Sequence record: ON529850.1
Direction: 5' to 3' (one strand)
Length of the DNA: 64,000 bases
Shown here: piece by piece, positions 34,288 through 44,429 of the stretch
How positions within the stretch are numbered: the stretch's first letter is position 1
Layout: each line of letters opens with the position of its first letter
Notes under the pieces: generated by a model
What the model was told of the DNA's origin: nothing
Seen by the model: only the letters and a program-made list of their open reading frames with translations
Database searches by the model: none
Made by a program: the position numbers and the translations under genes

Positions 34288-34992
34288 TTATTCGGATAAG
34301 CCCAGAGAGCCGGGCGCGATCTTCTGCCCCTGATCCAGTCGAACCGCCATCAGGCCCCGCAGGACTTCGCCGCGCGCCGCATCGTCGGGCAGGGCGTCGA
34401 GGCGCGCCGTCAGGGCCGCGCCGAACGTGCCGGGGAACAGGACGTGCGCCCCGTCTTGCGCGCGAACAGCGATGCGATCCGTCGCGGTCGTGTAGGGCGC
34501 CCACAGCGTCACGCCGGGATATTCCGCCGCGACCGTCGCGCCAGGGCGAACCGGGGAGGGCTGGCCCGCGCCATAGCCCGCCGGGTGTTCGGTTTCGCCC
34601 GGTTGCGGGTCGGCGTAGCCTTTGCGGACCCGTTCGGCGATCTGCGACGCCGACACCAGCGCGCCGCTGGCATCGACGCGAACCTGGCCGCAAGGCTGTT
34701 CAATCACGACGTAATCCAGCGCCGAGGCTTCATCATGGACGCGGTTGACGATCAGGCAGATGGTCGAGGCCGTGCCGTATTCCCCTTCGCGCAGGGTGAA
34801 GGACGCCCGGTAGGGATGCAGCGTGGTGGCGTAAACGCTGGCGGCGGTCTTGGCGGTCAGGACGCCTTGGCCGTTGTTGAGCTTCCACGCCGCCAGCTTC
34901 TTGGTGAAGCGTTCGGGCGGGCGCGGCGTCCCGTCGGAAAAGGCGACGAGGGCGCCCAGCGGGGCGGTGCGGATCAGTTCGGCGGCGTTCAT
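34288..34992 (-). CDS. Hypothetical early protein, 234 aa
   Basis: Cassette layout; N-terminus GALVAFSDGTPRPPERF..KLAAW recalls plasmid/ICE hypotheticals (not verified). Confidence 0.65.
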   Translation of the reverse strand: MNAAELIRTAPLGALVAFSDGTPRPPERFTKKLAAWKLNNGQGVLTAKTAASVYATTLHPYRASFTLREGEYGTASTICLIVNRVHDEASALDYVVIEQPCGQVRVDASGALVSASQIAERVRKGYADPQPGETEHPAGYGAGQPSPVRPGATVAAEYPGVTLWAPYTTATDRIAVRAQDGAHVLFPGTFGAALTARLDALPDDAARGEVLRGLMAVRLDQGQKIAPGSLGLSE

Positions 34993-35104
34993 GGGGCGTC
35001 TCCCGTTGTAGGTCCCTCCCTACTAGGGGCGGGCGCGCAAACTGTCAACCACTTTTTATCAGGTAAGGTCTTGTTAAGGTTAACGCCGGGACGGGGTGGG
35101 CGCG

Positions 35105-35458
35105 TCAGGGCAGACGCGCCGGGTCCAGCGTCAAGGCGCGCCGACGAATCGACAAAGCCCCGCGCGCGGTGCTTCGGGTCGATTTCTGCAACTTGCCCGA
35201 CTTGGCGGCACAGCAGGGGCAGACCTTGGGTTCAGTCGGCAGGACATGGCCCGCCAAGGGGTCGAGGGTGCCGCGAACCGATAGGGTCAGGGCCAGCCCT
35301 TGCAGGGCGACGGGCGCGCCGGTGCGGCGACGGCGCAGGTCATCATGCACCGTCAGGCCCGCCGAAAGGCGATTCGGGCGCGTCACCGCCACAGGCGATA
35401 TGGCGACGCGATAGCCGCCCGGCATGAGCCGGCGCGTGTCAGGAACATAGCGGCGCAT
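35105..35458 (-). CDS. Hypothetical protein, 117 aa
   Basis: TGATG coupling to 35458-35673. Confidence 0.5.
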   Translation of the reverse strand: MRRYVPDTRRLMPGGYRVAISPVAVTRPNRLSAGLTVHDDLRRRRTGAPVALQGLALTLSVRGTLDPLAGHVLPTEPKVCPCCAAKSGKLQKSTRSTARGALSIRRRALTLDPARLP

Positions 35459-35673
35459 CAGTCGTCGGCCCGGTCCAGGGTGCGGCGCACGTATTCATAG
35501 AACATCCGCCCGGTCGAGCCGTTGGCGTTCTTGGGGGCGCGGTAACGGCGCGAGGCGGCGCATTCCAGCAGGGCGGAAACCTGCGACTGGCGCAGGGTGA
35601 AGAAGTTCGCGCCTTGCTCAATCTGGCAGACTTGCAGAATGTGATACGCTTCGTGTTTGGTCATGCGGGCCAT
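35458..35673 (-). CDS. Hypothetical early protein, 71 aa (start MARMTK)
   Basis: Cassette layout. Confidence 0.65.
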   Translation of the reverse strand: MARMTKHEAYHILQVCQIEQGANFFTLRQSQVSALLECAASRRYRAPKNANGSTGRMFYEYVRRTLDRADD

Positions 35674-35811
35674 GGGGCGTCTCCGTTGTTGGCCCCTCCT
35701 TCTAGGGGCGGGCGCGCCGTCTGTCAACCGCTTTTTATCAGTTAAGGTTTTGTTAAGGTTAACGTGGGCGGGCCGAAGACCGCCCCGGCGGCGAGGCCGG
35801 GGCGGCGGGGC

Positions 35812-36324
35812 TTAGACGGTGATGGCGTCGCGGGCCTTGGTCAGTTGGTCGATCAGCATATCCAGACGGCGCACGGCCTCTTCGCCGGAATCACAGTCTT
35901 CCTTGGCGTCCAGTTCGACCATGACGGCGGTGAAAATCGTGTCGCCGTAGTCCGGCGCGTCGGCCAGGGTTTCGAGCCACGTCACGTCTTCATCCGCGTA
36001 GGCGTCGGCGAATTCCCGTTGCCACGGCGAGACGGGCGACTCGGGAAGGGTGACGCCGAGAATCAGGGGCGTCAGATTGGAGCCGACCTTGAGAATCTGA
36101 AACCGGCCCGCCATGCCGTCGTCAAAGGCGAGTTGCAGCTCCTTGGCGATCTGGCGGGCGAGATCGGCGCCGGTGGCGCTGTTGTCCGCGACGCCCAGCA
36201 CGGACTCATCGTCGCCGACGTCGCGTTGCAGCAACACGATGGCGTGATACTCGCTGTCGCTGGCGCGGAACGATTCCAGTTCGGCGCGGGTGGCGGTGAA
36301 GGGGGTCATCAAGTTGTCAGGCAT
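35812..36324 (-). CDS. Hypothetical acidic early protein, 170 aa
   Basis: Cassette layout. Confidence 0.65.
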   Translation of the reverse strand: MPDNLMTPFTATRAELESFRASDSEYHAIVLLQRDVGDDESVLGVADNSATGADLARQIAKELQLAFDDGMAGRFQILKVGSNLTPLILGVTLPESPVSPWQREFADAYADEDVTWLETLADAPDYGDTIFTAVMVELDAKEDCDSGEEAVRRLDMLIDQLTKARDAITV

Positions 36325-36475
36325 CGGGCGTCTCCGTTGTTGGGACCTCCCTTCTAAGGCCGGGCGCTCTTTCTGTCAACCTCTCTTCAGCAGTTAATGA
36401 CTCGTTAAGGTTAATGCGACCGACACGCAAAAAGGGGCGTCGCCATTCCGGCGCCGCCCAGTCTTGCACTCCGTA

Positions 36476-36742
36476 TCAGCGGCCTTGGGCCGCCCTTGTC
36501 TTAAAGTTCGCGACCGCCTCGGGCAGGCTGTCGAAATAGCTGCCCTTGTGGAAACCGCCCAAGTCGTCGTTGCGCCAATGCGTGACGAAAGGGTGGTGCG
36601 GGTTGTCGGGGATGTGGCGCAGGACGACGGCGCCCTTGCACGTTCCGCGCCCGCCGGGAGTCTTGGACTCCAGCAAGGTCGCGCGCTTGGCGGGATCGGC
36701 GGCGGCGAGGGCCGCTTGGGCCTGGGTCAGAAAGTCAGCCAT
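36476..36742 (-). CDS. Hypothetical early protein, 88 aa
   Basis: HPFVTHW...GSYF..L.EA motif; cassette layout. Confidence 0.65.
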   Translation of the reverse strand: MADFLTQAQAALAAADPAKRATLLESKTPGGRGTCKGAVVLRHIPDNPHHPFVTHWRNDDLGGFHKGSYFDSLPEAVANFKTRAAQGR

Positions 36743-36897
36743 GAGGCGTCTCCGTTGTTGACGCCCTACATCTAGGGCAGGCCGGGCTAGGTGTCAACAA
36801 CTCTTTTTCAGAAAAGAGCGTTAATCCGCCGGGGCTCCGCGTTAACCTTAACGCCGGGTGAAGACGATGCGCCCCGGCGCGGAGCCGGGGCGTCGCC

Positions 36898-37182
36898 CTA
36901 GAGCGGGGTCAACTCGTGATAGAGGGCGTCGGGCGCCTCTTCACCACGGGCGAGGGCGGGATAGGCCGAATCGGGCTTGCCGTTGAAGCCCGGCAGAACG
37001 ATTCCCGGCAGGTCGCCCAGAAGGCGGAGGCGGTAAAGCGGCACGTCCGCGAACGGCGGGTTTTCGACCGCCCCGAGCACTTCGGCGTTAACCGCGACCC
37101 CGACCAGATAGCCGGGGCGATAGGCGACGATCTGCCCCGGCTTGAGCGCCGGGGCGTCGGGGGTGCGGACAATACGGGTCAT
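36898..37182 (-). CDS. Hypothetical protein, 94 aa
   Basis: Second gene of the cassette. Confidence 0.55.
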   Translation of the reverse strand: MTRIVRTPDAPALKPGQIVAYRPGYLVGVAVNAEVLGAVENPPFADVPLYRLRLLGDLPGIVLPGFNGKPDSAYPALARGEEAPDALYHELTPL

Positions 37183-37185
37183 GGC

Positions 37186-37365
37186 TCAAAATCCCTTGGC
37201 GAGCGCGGCGGCTTCGATCAGATGCTGTTGCCCCAGCTTGCGCAGGGCGCTTTTCAGCAGGCGCAGGGCTTCCTTGCGGTTCCCGGCCAGGGCGGCGGCT
37301 TCGGCTTGGCGCGCAAAATGCAGTTTGGACTTGCGGGCGAGGCGGGCGGCTTTGCGGGGCGTCAT
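37186..37365 (-). CDS. Hypothetical basic early protein, 59 aa (start MTPRKAA)
   Basis: Cassette layout. Confidence 0.6.
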   Translation of the reverse strand: MTPRKAARLARKSKLHFARQAEAAALAGNRKEALRLLKSALRKLGQQHLIEAAALAKGF

Positions 37366-37520
37366 CGGCTGTCTCCGTTGCGATGCCCAAGGTCTAAGGC
37401 AAGGCCGGGCGGGTGTCAACTCTTCTTTTGCACAAAAATGGTTAACGGCGGGCGGTGGTTTGTTAAGGTTAACGCGAGCGGGGCGCAGGACGCCGCCCGG
37501 CGTCAACCGGGCGGCGGGGT

Positions 37521-37940
37521 TCAGGCCGGGCGGCCCGTTCTGACGCAATCCGCCGCTTGCGCCCGCGTGTAGCGACTCAACCACAGCCGGGCCGCCGCGT
37601 CGTCGCTGGCGCCCGGCGTCAGGCCGTCCAGACGCGACAGGCGCGCGGCGCTGGCGCACAGCATTTCAGTCGGCAACAAGGCGACGCACAGGGCTTTCAG
37701 CGCGCCCACGTCGGCGCCGTTGAACGCATCGCCCGCCTTGCGGATGACGGCGGCGCTAAGGGCGATCTGCCCCAGCATGGGCAGAAGGGCCGACGCTTCC
37801 GCCATCGCCCCTTGAGTCAATTCGATCAGGTCGGCGGCGGCGTCGTCGCCATGGGCGGCGGCGTCATACCAGATATCGGCGCCCGCCCCCTCGTCGAGGG
37901 CGGCGCCGAGGTCCAGCGGGATCGAGCGGCGCTCGCTCAT
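37521..37940 (-). CDS. Hypothetical protein, 139 aa
   Basis: Coupled to the upstream gene. Confidence 0.6.
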   Translation of the reverse strand: MSERRSIPLDLGAALDEGAGADIWYDAAAHGDDAAADLIELTQGAMAEASALLPMLGQIALSAAVIRKAGDAFNGADVGALKALCVALLPTEMLCASAARLSRLDGLTPGASDDAAARLWLSRYTRAQAADCVRTGRPA

Positions 37941-38224
37941 TAGACCGCCTCCCAGCCGGTTTCCGCGTTGTCGTTTTGGACGACTTGCAGTTGCAGGGCC
38001 GAATCATAGTTCGGGGTGAAGGGACCGAGAATCCGCAAGGTGGCCTCTTCGATTTCCTCTTCGGTGAAGCCGTGTTCACCAGAGCAGAAAAAGGCGGCGG
38101 CCTGTTCCCCGGCGGCGGTGGCGTCGGGGTTGCCCCCTTCCTCATACCACACTTCGTCAGAGGCCAGGCGCCCGCCGTCCGCGTCGAGCAGGTGGACGAC
38201 AAAGAAAAAGGCTTGGGTTTGCAT
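37940..38224 (-). CDS. Hypothetical acidic early protein, 94 aa (start MQTQAFF)
   Basis: Cassette layout. Confidence 0.65.
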   Translation of the reverse strand: MQTQAFFFVVHLLDADGGRLASDEVWYEEGGNPDATAAGEQAAAFFCSGEHGFTEEEIEEATLRILGPFTPNYDSALQLQVVQNDNAETGWEAV

Positions 38225-38377
38225 CGGGTGTCTCCGTGTTGATGCCCAAGGTGTAAGGGAAGGGCGTGAAGGTGTCAACACCTCTTTTTCAGAAAAGAGG
38301 GTTAACGCCCAGCGGCGGTTTGTTAAGGTTAACGCGAGCGGATCGCAAAACGCCGCCCGGCGAACCGGGCGGCGGGG

Positions 38378-38533
38378 TCAGGCTTGCAGGGCGTCGCGGA
38401 TCAGCCGCTTGATCCCGTCGAGGGTGTCGGCGCGCAACCGTTGCCCGTCCGGGGCGGTGGCGGTCCAGCGGATTCCGCTGGCGTTCAGGTCGGCGGGGTG
38501 TATGAACACCCCGCGATATTGCTTCATCTTCAT
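38378..38533 (-). CDS. Small hypothetical protein, 51 aa (not in track)
   Basis: MKMKQYRGVFIHPADLNASGIRW...LRADTLDGIKRLI; coupled to the upstream gene. Confidence 0.55.
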   Translation of the reverse strand: MKMKQYRGVFIHPADLNASGIRWTATAPDGQRLRADTLDGIKRLIRDALQA

Positions 38534-38970
38534 GCCGTCACCTTCCCGCCCTTGACCTTGGCGGCGTCGCGGATCAGCGAAAACAGTTCGTCATGCGCCT
38601 TGTTGACGACGGCGGTTGAATGGACGCAGAAGGCGCCCAAGGTGACGATTTGCGCGGATTTCCACAGATAGGCGCGCAAGCTGGCGCGGCGCTCGCCGTT
38701 CGCGCCCTTTTCGGTGGTGACGAAGGTCGTCGCCCCATAGGCGTCATGATCGGTGAAGCCGGACGGGAATCGGGTGCCGAATCCGCGCATGGCGTTCGGA
38801 TCGAACCAATGCCCGCGACGACGGCGGGCGTAATCGCGTTCGATATTGGCGAGGCAGTTGCTCGAACCCGTGAAGGCCGGGCCTTCATAGGGGGCGCGGG
38901 GTTGATCGGCCAGGGCGGCTTTCAGGGCGTCGAAAGCTTCGGCGGCGAGGCGTTGGGCTTGCGTGGTCAT
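38530..38970 (-). CDS. Hypothetical early protein, 146 aa
   Basis: GHWFDPNAMRGFGTR motif; cassette layout. Confidence 0.65.
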   Translation of the reverse strand: MTTQAQRLAAEAFDALKAALADQPRAPYEGPAFTGSSNCLANIERDYARRRRGHWFDPNAMRGFGTRFPSGFTDHDAYGATTFVTTEKGANGERRASLRAYLWKSAQIVTLGAFCVHSTAVVNKAHDELFSLIRDAAKVKGGKVTA

Positions 38971-39120
38971 GGGGTCGTCTCCGTTGCGTTGCCTCAGACT
39001 TAAAGGGCGGCGCGGCGCGTGTCAACCGCTTTTCTACATGAAAATGGTTTAGCTTGCGTTAAGGTTAACGCGAGCCGGTCGCAGAACGCCGCCCGGCGAA
39101 CCGGGCGGCGGGATACGGGG

Positions 39121-39441
39121 TCAGCCGATCAGGCGGGTCTTGATCGTCGCGCGGCCTTCCGGCGTCAGCTTGGCGCGTTGAGTGCGGAGGAAGGTCAAGG
39201 CGTTCGCATAGCTGGCGACCCGGCCCGCATATTGACGCTCCAACCACTTGAGCGGGGCCGGGTAATGTGAGGCGTAAAAGGCCACGCGACCCGGCGTGAT
39301 GCGCGGGAACAGCTTGGCGCGGGCTTCCTTAATCGAGGTGGCTCCCGGCGCGGGCAGGGCGGCGACCACGCGGCCCTTGCGGAGGATATGGGCCTTGTTG
39401 AGTTCCGGCGCGTAGGCGTGGCGTTCAAGAATGATCTTCAT
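39121..39441 (-). CDS. Hypothetical early protein, 106 aa (start MKIILE)
   Basis: Cassette layout. Confidence 0.65.
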   Translation of the reverse strand: MKIILERHAYAPELNKAHILRKGRVVAALPAPGATSIKEARAKLFPRITPGRVAFYASHYPAPLKWLERQYAGRVASYANALTFLRTQRAKLTPEGRATIKTRLIG

Positions 39442-39594
39442 CGGTCGTCTCCGTTGCGATGCCCCAGGTGTAGGGGATGGGCGTGGGTGTGTCAACCTCT
39501 TTTTATTGTGAAGATGGTTAACGCCGGTGAGGGTTTTGTTAAGGTTAACGCAACGCGGGTGGAGGAAACCGCCCGGCGAACCGGGCGGCGGGGA

Positions 39595-40119
39595 TCAGCG
39601 CGTCTTGCGGGCGCAATGCGCCTCATATTCGGCGCCGCTCATGATGACGGGCGGGTCGTCGTGATTGGCCTCCGCCTCTTCGCGCGCGTCATTCCAAGCG
39701 TCTTCGCGCATGGCGTCGCGGCCTTCGTCGCTGTCTTCATAGTCGTCGGAATCCAGCGTTACGGTGATTCGGCCCGAGACGTAGGGCGCCGTTTCGGGCG
39801 CTTCCGGGTCGCGGATGAACGCCCGATAGGTCGAGGGTTCGCCGCCGTTCTCATATTCTTCACCGTCCCCGCCGTCCTGCAAATAGGCTTCGGCGGCGGC
39901 GGGATCATCGGCGCGATCCGTAAGGAAGGCGTTACGCAGGAAGTCCACACGCGACGACGGCGTGAGGCTGCAAACGTGCGTCGCCTCGCCTTCGCAGAAC
40001 AGATAGACGCCGAACAGATAGACGCCGAACACCGGCGCGCCGGCCAGGGCGGGCGGGAGGTTCCAATATTGCGTCTCTTCAACCGCTAGGGCGCGAAAAT
40101 GAAATTCGACTTGGGCCAT
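39595..40119 (-). CDS. Hypothetical acidic early protein, 174 aa (start MAQVEF)
   Basis: Cassette layout. Confidence 0.65.
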   Translation of the reverse strand: MAQVEFHFRALAVEETQYWNLPPALAGAPVFGVYLFGVYLFCEGEATHVCSLTPSSRVDFLRNAFLTDRADDPAAAEAYLQDGGDGEEYENGGEPSTYRAFIRDPEAPETAPYVSGRITVTLDSDDYEDSDEGRDAMREDAWNDAREEAEANHDDPPVIMSGAEYEAHCARKTR

Positions 40120-40263
40120 GAGGTGTCTCCGTGTTGATGCCCAAGGTGTAGGGGATGGGTGGGAGCGTGTCAACACCTCTTTTTCAGAAAATATCAGGCA
40201 GGGATTTGTTAAGGTTAACGCGACCGGATCGCAGAACGCCCCGGCGCGAGGCCGGGGCGGGGA

Positions 40264-40533
40264 TCACCCGTCAGACCGGGGGTGCGCCATATAGTCGAGA
40301 ACCGAACCGCCTTCGCAATCCGCTTCGGGGCAATGCAGGCGCATCGACCATGTAAAGCGCGGCGTCTGTTCGTCGCCGTCTTCGCCCGCCGCGATCCCGA
40401 CGACGTGCGACACGTCTTCGCGATCCATCCAGCGATTGGCGGCGGCGACTTCCGCCGTCGTCAGGCCGGAGGCGTCGCCGTTAATCAGATAGGGCGCCCA
40501 TGCTTCCGGGCCGGTGTTTGTGACGAACCTCAT
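40264..40533 (-). CDS. Hypothetical protein, 89 aa
   Basis: WAPYLINGDASGL motif; coupled ORF. Confidence 0.6.
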   Translation of the reverse strand: MRFVTNTGPEAWAPYLINGDASGLTTAEVAAANRWMDREDVSHVVGIAAGEDGDEQTPRFTWSMRLHCPEADCEGGSVLDYMAHPRSDG

Positions 40534-40868
40534 GCGTCACCTGCGATGATCGACATATCGCCGTAGAACTTGCCGCCGTAAGCGATCAGGCCCGATTCGG
40601 CGTAAAGATGCCACTCGATCCAGCGGCGGTCATCGCCGTCCACCGTGAAGCCCATGCCGTTGCTGACGCCGCGCGCCTCCCAATCGGCGAAGACGTCCGG
40701 GAAAGCCGCCTTGAACGCTTCGCGTTCCATGGCGAATTTCACATCGCACAGGTAGGTGATATGGACATAGCGGAAGGGGCCGATAGTCGGGCCTTCATAC
40801 CCGAAATCGTTCATCTCCTGATCGGCCGTATCGCGGCCGTGGAAAAGGCGAATATGCACGTCAGCCAT
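40530..40868 (-). CDS. Hypothetical early protein, 112 aa
   Basis: Cassette layout. Confidence 0.65.
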   Translation of the reverse strand: MADVHIRLFHGRDTADQEMNDFGYEGPTIGPFRYVHITYLCDVKFAMEREAFKAAFPDVFADWEARGVSNGMGFTVDGDDRRWIEWHLYAESGLIAYGGKFYGDMSIIAGDA

Positions 40869-41042
40869 GGGGTGTCTCCGTTGTTGGCCCTCTTGTTGTA
40901 GGGCCGGGGCGGGAGAGTGTCAACACCTCTTTTTCAGTAAAGAGGGTTAACAAAAGTCGGGCGGTTGTTAACCTTAATGCGACGTTAAGGTTAATGCGAG
41001 CCGGTCGCAGAACGCCGCCCGGCGAACCGGGCGGCGGAGGGA

Positions 41043-41297
41043 TCAGGCGGCGGGCGGCGCCGGGATCGGGTAGCGGGCGGCGAGGTCTTTGGCCGTCCAC
41101 GCATCGGGGGTGTGGAGGTCATAGGACTCGGCGTAGTTGCGGGCGCATTCCTGCACCGTCTCGCCGCGCTGGAGGTGGTCGTCATACATGACGCGCAACT
41201 CGGCGTCATCGGCCCCGGCGTCGCGGTAGTCGATGGCGTAGCCCGCCAGCAGGGCGGCGTTTGCGGCGGCGAGCCAGAGTTCAAAGGTGGGATACAT
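41043..41297 (-). CDS. Hypothetical early protein, 84 aa
   Basis: Cassette layout. Confidence 0.65.
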   Translation of the reverse strand: MYPTFELWLAAANAALLAGYAIDYRDAGADDAELRVMYDDHLQRGETVQECARNYAESYDLHTPDAWTAKDLAARYPIPAPPAA

Positions 41298-41508
41298 CGG
41301 GTGTCTCCGTTGTTGACGCCTTCACACTAGGGGATGGGCTGGAGAGTGTCAACACCTCTTTTTCAGAAAAATGGTTAACGGAAAACGGGGCGTCATTAAG
41401 GTTAATGCGACCAGCTCGCGTTAACCTTAACAGGCGGCGGGCGGAAATGGTTAACGGGGTGTTAACCATGGGCCAGGTTCGGGGGCGGTCGCCAGCCCCC
41501 TTCCCCGA

Positions 41509-41793
41509 TCAGGCCGCCTCGACAGGCATGGCGGCCTTAGCCGCGTCGATGGTCGCGGTCAGGTCGGCAATCGCCGCGTCGTGTTTGGTCTTGCCCTTGT
41601 AAGCCTTGCCGGTGACGGTGGAGGCGCTGGCGAGCATTTTGGTGATGGTCACGCCGCGCGTCGGGATCATGCCGGTGTCGCGGTGCAACTTGATGGCGGC
41701 GCGCAGGCTGACCAGCCCATAGAGCTTGACCGCGTCGCGGCCATCGAAGGTGACGGCGCCGGTCTTGCTGACGGTGATGCGGTCGTTGTTCAT
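41509..41793 (-). CDS. Hypothetical early protein, 94 aa
   Basis: Cassette layout. Confidence 0.65.
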   Translation of the reverse strand: MNNDRITVSKTGAVTFDGRDAVKLYGLVSLRAAIKLHRDTGMIPTRGVTITKMLASASTVTGKAYKGKTKHDAAIADLTATIDAAKAAMPVEAA

Positions 41794-41978
41794 CGGGTGT
41801 CTCCGTTGTTGATGACTTCACTCTAGGGGTTGGGCCGTAGGGTGTCAACACCTCTTTTACAGAAAAGAGGGTTAACGGATTCCGGTGGTTTTGTTAACCT
41901 TAACGCCGTGGCGGGTTTTGTTAAGGTTAACGCGAACGGGCCGCAGGGCGCGCCCCGGCGAGGCCGGGGCGCCTTGGC

Positions 41979-42212
41979 TTAGTTGGCGATATAGCGGATT
42001 TCCGCGCCCGCCTGAACCTGAACCGCCCACCACGGCCCATAGGGCGTTTCAGGGGGAAGAGGGACAACGGTGATGATCGGAGAGCGCCCGAACGCCCGCG
42101 ACAAAGGGCAAGGGGCGGCGTCATACGCGGCCTTGACTTCATCGGCGACGCGCTGGGCGGCCTTTTCCAATCCAAAGGGGCAAGCGGCGGTGATTTTGTC
42201 GACGAGTTGCAT
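41979..42212 (-). CDS. Hypothetical early protein, 77 aa
   Basis: Cassette layout. Confidence 0.6.
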   Translation of the reverse strand: MQLVDKITAACPFGLEKAAQRVADEVKAAYDAAPCPLSRAFGRSPIITVVPLPPETPYGPWWAVQVQAGAEIRYIAN

Positions 42213-42396
42213 CGGGTGTCTCCGTTTCTATGTCCCCAATCTATGGGCGGGGCTGGAGAATGTCAACATCTCTTTTTCAGAAAAGATGGTTAACGGATTC
42301 CGGTGGTTTTGTTAACCTTAACGCCGGGGCGGGTTTTGTTAAGGTTAACGCGAACGGGTCGCAGAGCGCGCCCCGGCCTCGCCGGGGCGCCGAGGG

Positions 42397-42765
42397 TCAA
42401 CCCTCAAAGCGGTCATGAACGGGGGCGATGGCGGTGTATCGACCGCCGCCGAGGCTTTCGACAGCCTCGCCGAAACGGCTGTCACTCGTCCCGGCGTAGT
42501 TGCCGCCCATCATCAGCCAGCGCGAGTCTTTAGCGCCGGTGGCGTCCGCCGGGACGATCTTGACCGATCCGGCGACGTTGCCCTTCACCAGATAGGCGGC
42601 GGGGGCGTCTTCGGACGGCGAGGAAGGCCCCGACACATTAACGAGCGTGAGGGCGGCCACGCGGCTCGAAACGCCGCCGTTGGTGCAATCCTCCGCGTCC
42701 AGCTTCAGCAAGTCGCCGGGGCGATCCGCCGGGGCGCGGCGGTAGATGTAAACAGTCAGGCCCAT
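42397..42765 (-). CDS. Hypothetical early protein, 122 aa
   Basis: DCTNGGVSS...MMGGNYAGTSDSRF...PVHDRFE motif; cassette layout. Confidence 0.65.
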   Translation of the reverse strand: MGLTVYIYRRAPADRPGDLLKLDAEDCTNGGVSSRVAALTLVNVSGPSSPSEDAPAAYLVKGNVAGSVKIVPADATGAKDSRWLMMGGNYAGTSDSRFGEAVESLGGGRYTAIAPVHDRFEG

Positions 42766-43031
42766 CGGGGTGTCTCCGTTGTTGATGTCTTCACTCTAGG
42801 GGTTGGGCTGGAGAGTGTCAACACCTCTTTTTCAGAAAAGATGGTTAACGGATTCAGTGGTTTTGTTAAGGTTAACGCGAACGGGTCGCAAGGGCGGCCT
42901 TTACAGGACGCCCCCGAACCCCGACGCCGCCGTGACGCCCGCCAGCGCCATGAGGGCGGCGATCCACAGCCAAGCCGCCTGAAAGGATTCGGCCCGGCGG
43001 CGGCGGTCAAGAGCGGAGGGACGGCGCCGGG

Positions 43032-43220
43032 TCATGCCGGGCGCCCGTCCGCCGCCAGCACCTCTAGGTGACAGGCATGGCCGATTCGGTTGAGGTGACG
43101 CATGGCGCTATTGGCCGTGTTCAGGTCCGCATAGGACACGCCAGAGGCGATGAAATAGGGCGCGGCGTCGCGGCGCGGGTCGCCGCGATGGGGTGCGAGG
43201 GAAGGGACGACGGCGAACAT
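43032..43220 (-). CDS. Hypothetical early protein, 62 aa
   Basis: Cassette layout. Confidence 0.55.
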   Translation of the reverse strand: MFAVVPSLAPHRGDPRRDAAPYFIASGVSYADLNTANSAMRHLNRIGHACHLEVLAADGRPA

Positions 43221-43414
43221 GGCGGAACTCCCGAACGGGCGGAATTGCCCTGGCGTTCATGGGCTCAATCTAGGGGCTGGGCCGCAGGGTGTCAACCTCT
43301 TTTTTCCACTAAAAGGGTTAACAGATTCAGGGCTGGCGTTAACCTTAATACGGTGTTAAGGTTAACGCGAACGGGTCGCAAGGCGCGCCCCGGCGCGAGG
43401 CCGGGGCGCGGGTC

Positions 43415-44035
43415 TCACATGGCGCCGACAGAGCCGTCGTCGCCCGTCGCCAAGTCATAATCCCCGAACTCGCGGGCGGCTTGGCTCAGGCGTTCGGCTT
43501 GCGGTTCGGGCCAGTCGCCATCCCAGAAGCCCGCGCCGTGACCGTTGCGGGTCAACCAGAAATCATGTCCGGCGCGGCCCCATTCGTCAAAGTCCGGGCC
43601 GCAAACCACCTTGCCCGTCGCGATGGCGGATTCAATGGTGGCGCGGTTCGCGGTCACGAAGGTGGCGCAATCGGCGATCATGTCGCGCAGGGTTTCGGGG
43701 CGAACGTCGCACGGCTCGAAGTCATGCGCCCGGTCGCCATCGGCGCGGGGATCGCCGTGTTTGAACTCTACGCCCGTCCACAGGGCGGACACGATATAGG
43801 CTTGCGCGAAGGCGTCCGCCGCATCAAACAGGCGTCCCGATTCCACCCGATAGGCGGCGCGGGTCACGGCGTCGGCTTCCTCCGCCGCCTCGACGATCTC
43901 GCGCGCCTTGGCGACGTCCGCCTCGGCGTGCATATGTTGATAGCCGAGAACCTCGCGCGCGGCGATCAATTCCGGCGTCAGAACGCTGTATTCAGGCACG
44001 ATGGCGGCGGCGGTCAGTTGAGCCAGGGTCTGCAT
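43415..44035 (-). CDS. Hypothetical early protein, 206 aa (GHDFWLxRNGHGAGF family; paralog of 58914-59486)
   Basis: Shared motifs with 58914-59486; start MQTLAQ. Confidence 0.7.
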   Translation of the reverse strand: MQTLAQLTAAAIVPEYSVLTPELIAAREVLGYQHMHAEADVAKAREIVEAAEEADAVTRAAYRVESGRLFDAADAFAQAYIVSALWTGVEFKHGDPRADGDRAHDFEPCDVRPETLRDMIADCATFVTANRATIESAIATGKVVCGPDFDEWGRAGHDFWLTRNGHGAGFWDGDWPEPQAERLSQAAREFGDYDLATGDDGSVGAM

Positions 44036-44429
44036 GGGTGTCTCCCGTTGTCTATGCCCCCTCTTATAGGCGGCGCCCGGTTGGGGTGTCAACCCCTCTT
44101 TTTCAATAAATCTTCGCGGGTGGCGGGCTGGGCGTTAACCTTAACGGATTCCGTCCCGGCGTTAACCTTAACGAAAATCGCTCGCCTGTTAACCACCTTT
44201 TCGCTTGCCCTGTCGGCGCGTTCCGCTAGGCTGGGGAATGGAATCTCGCCCCTTGACCGGGGCGCGCATCGCTGGCGCCTGCCCGCGATCCATGGTCTTT
44301 GACATCCCGCGCCCGGCGCGGGGTTACGCGCGCGCCCTCCCGCCCAGGCGGTCGGCGCCGACCGGCCGCCCGCGAGGCGAGCGACGGCGGACCCGGCCCC
44401 GCGACGGGCAGGCGAGCGCCAGGACGAAA

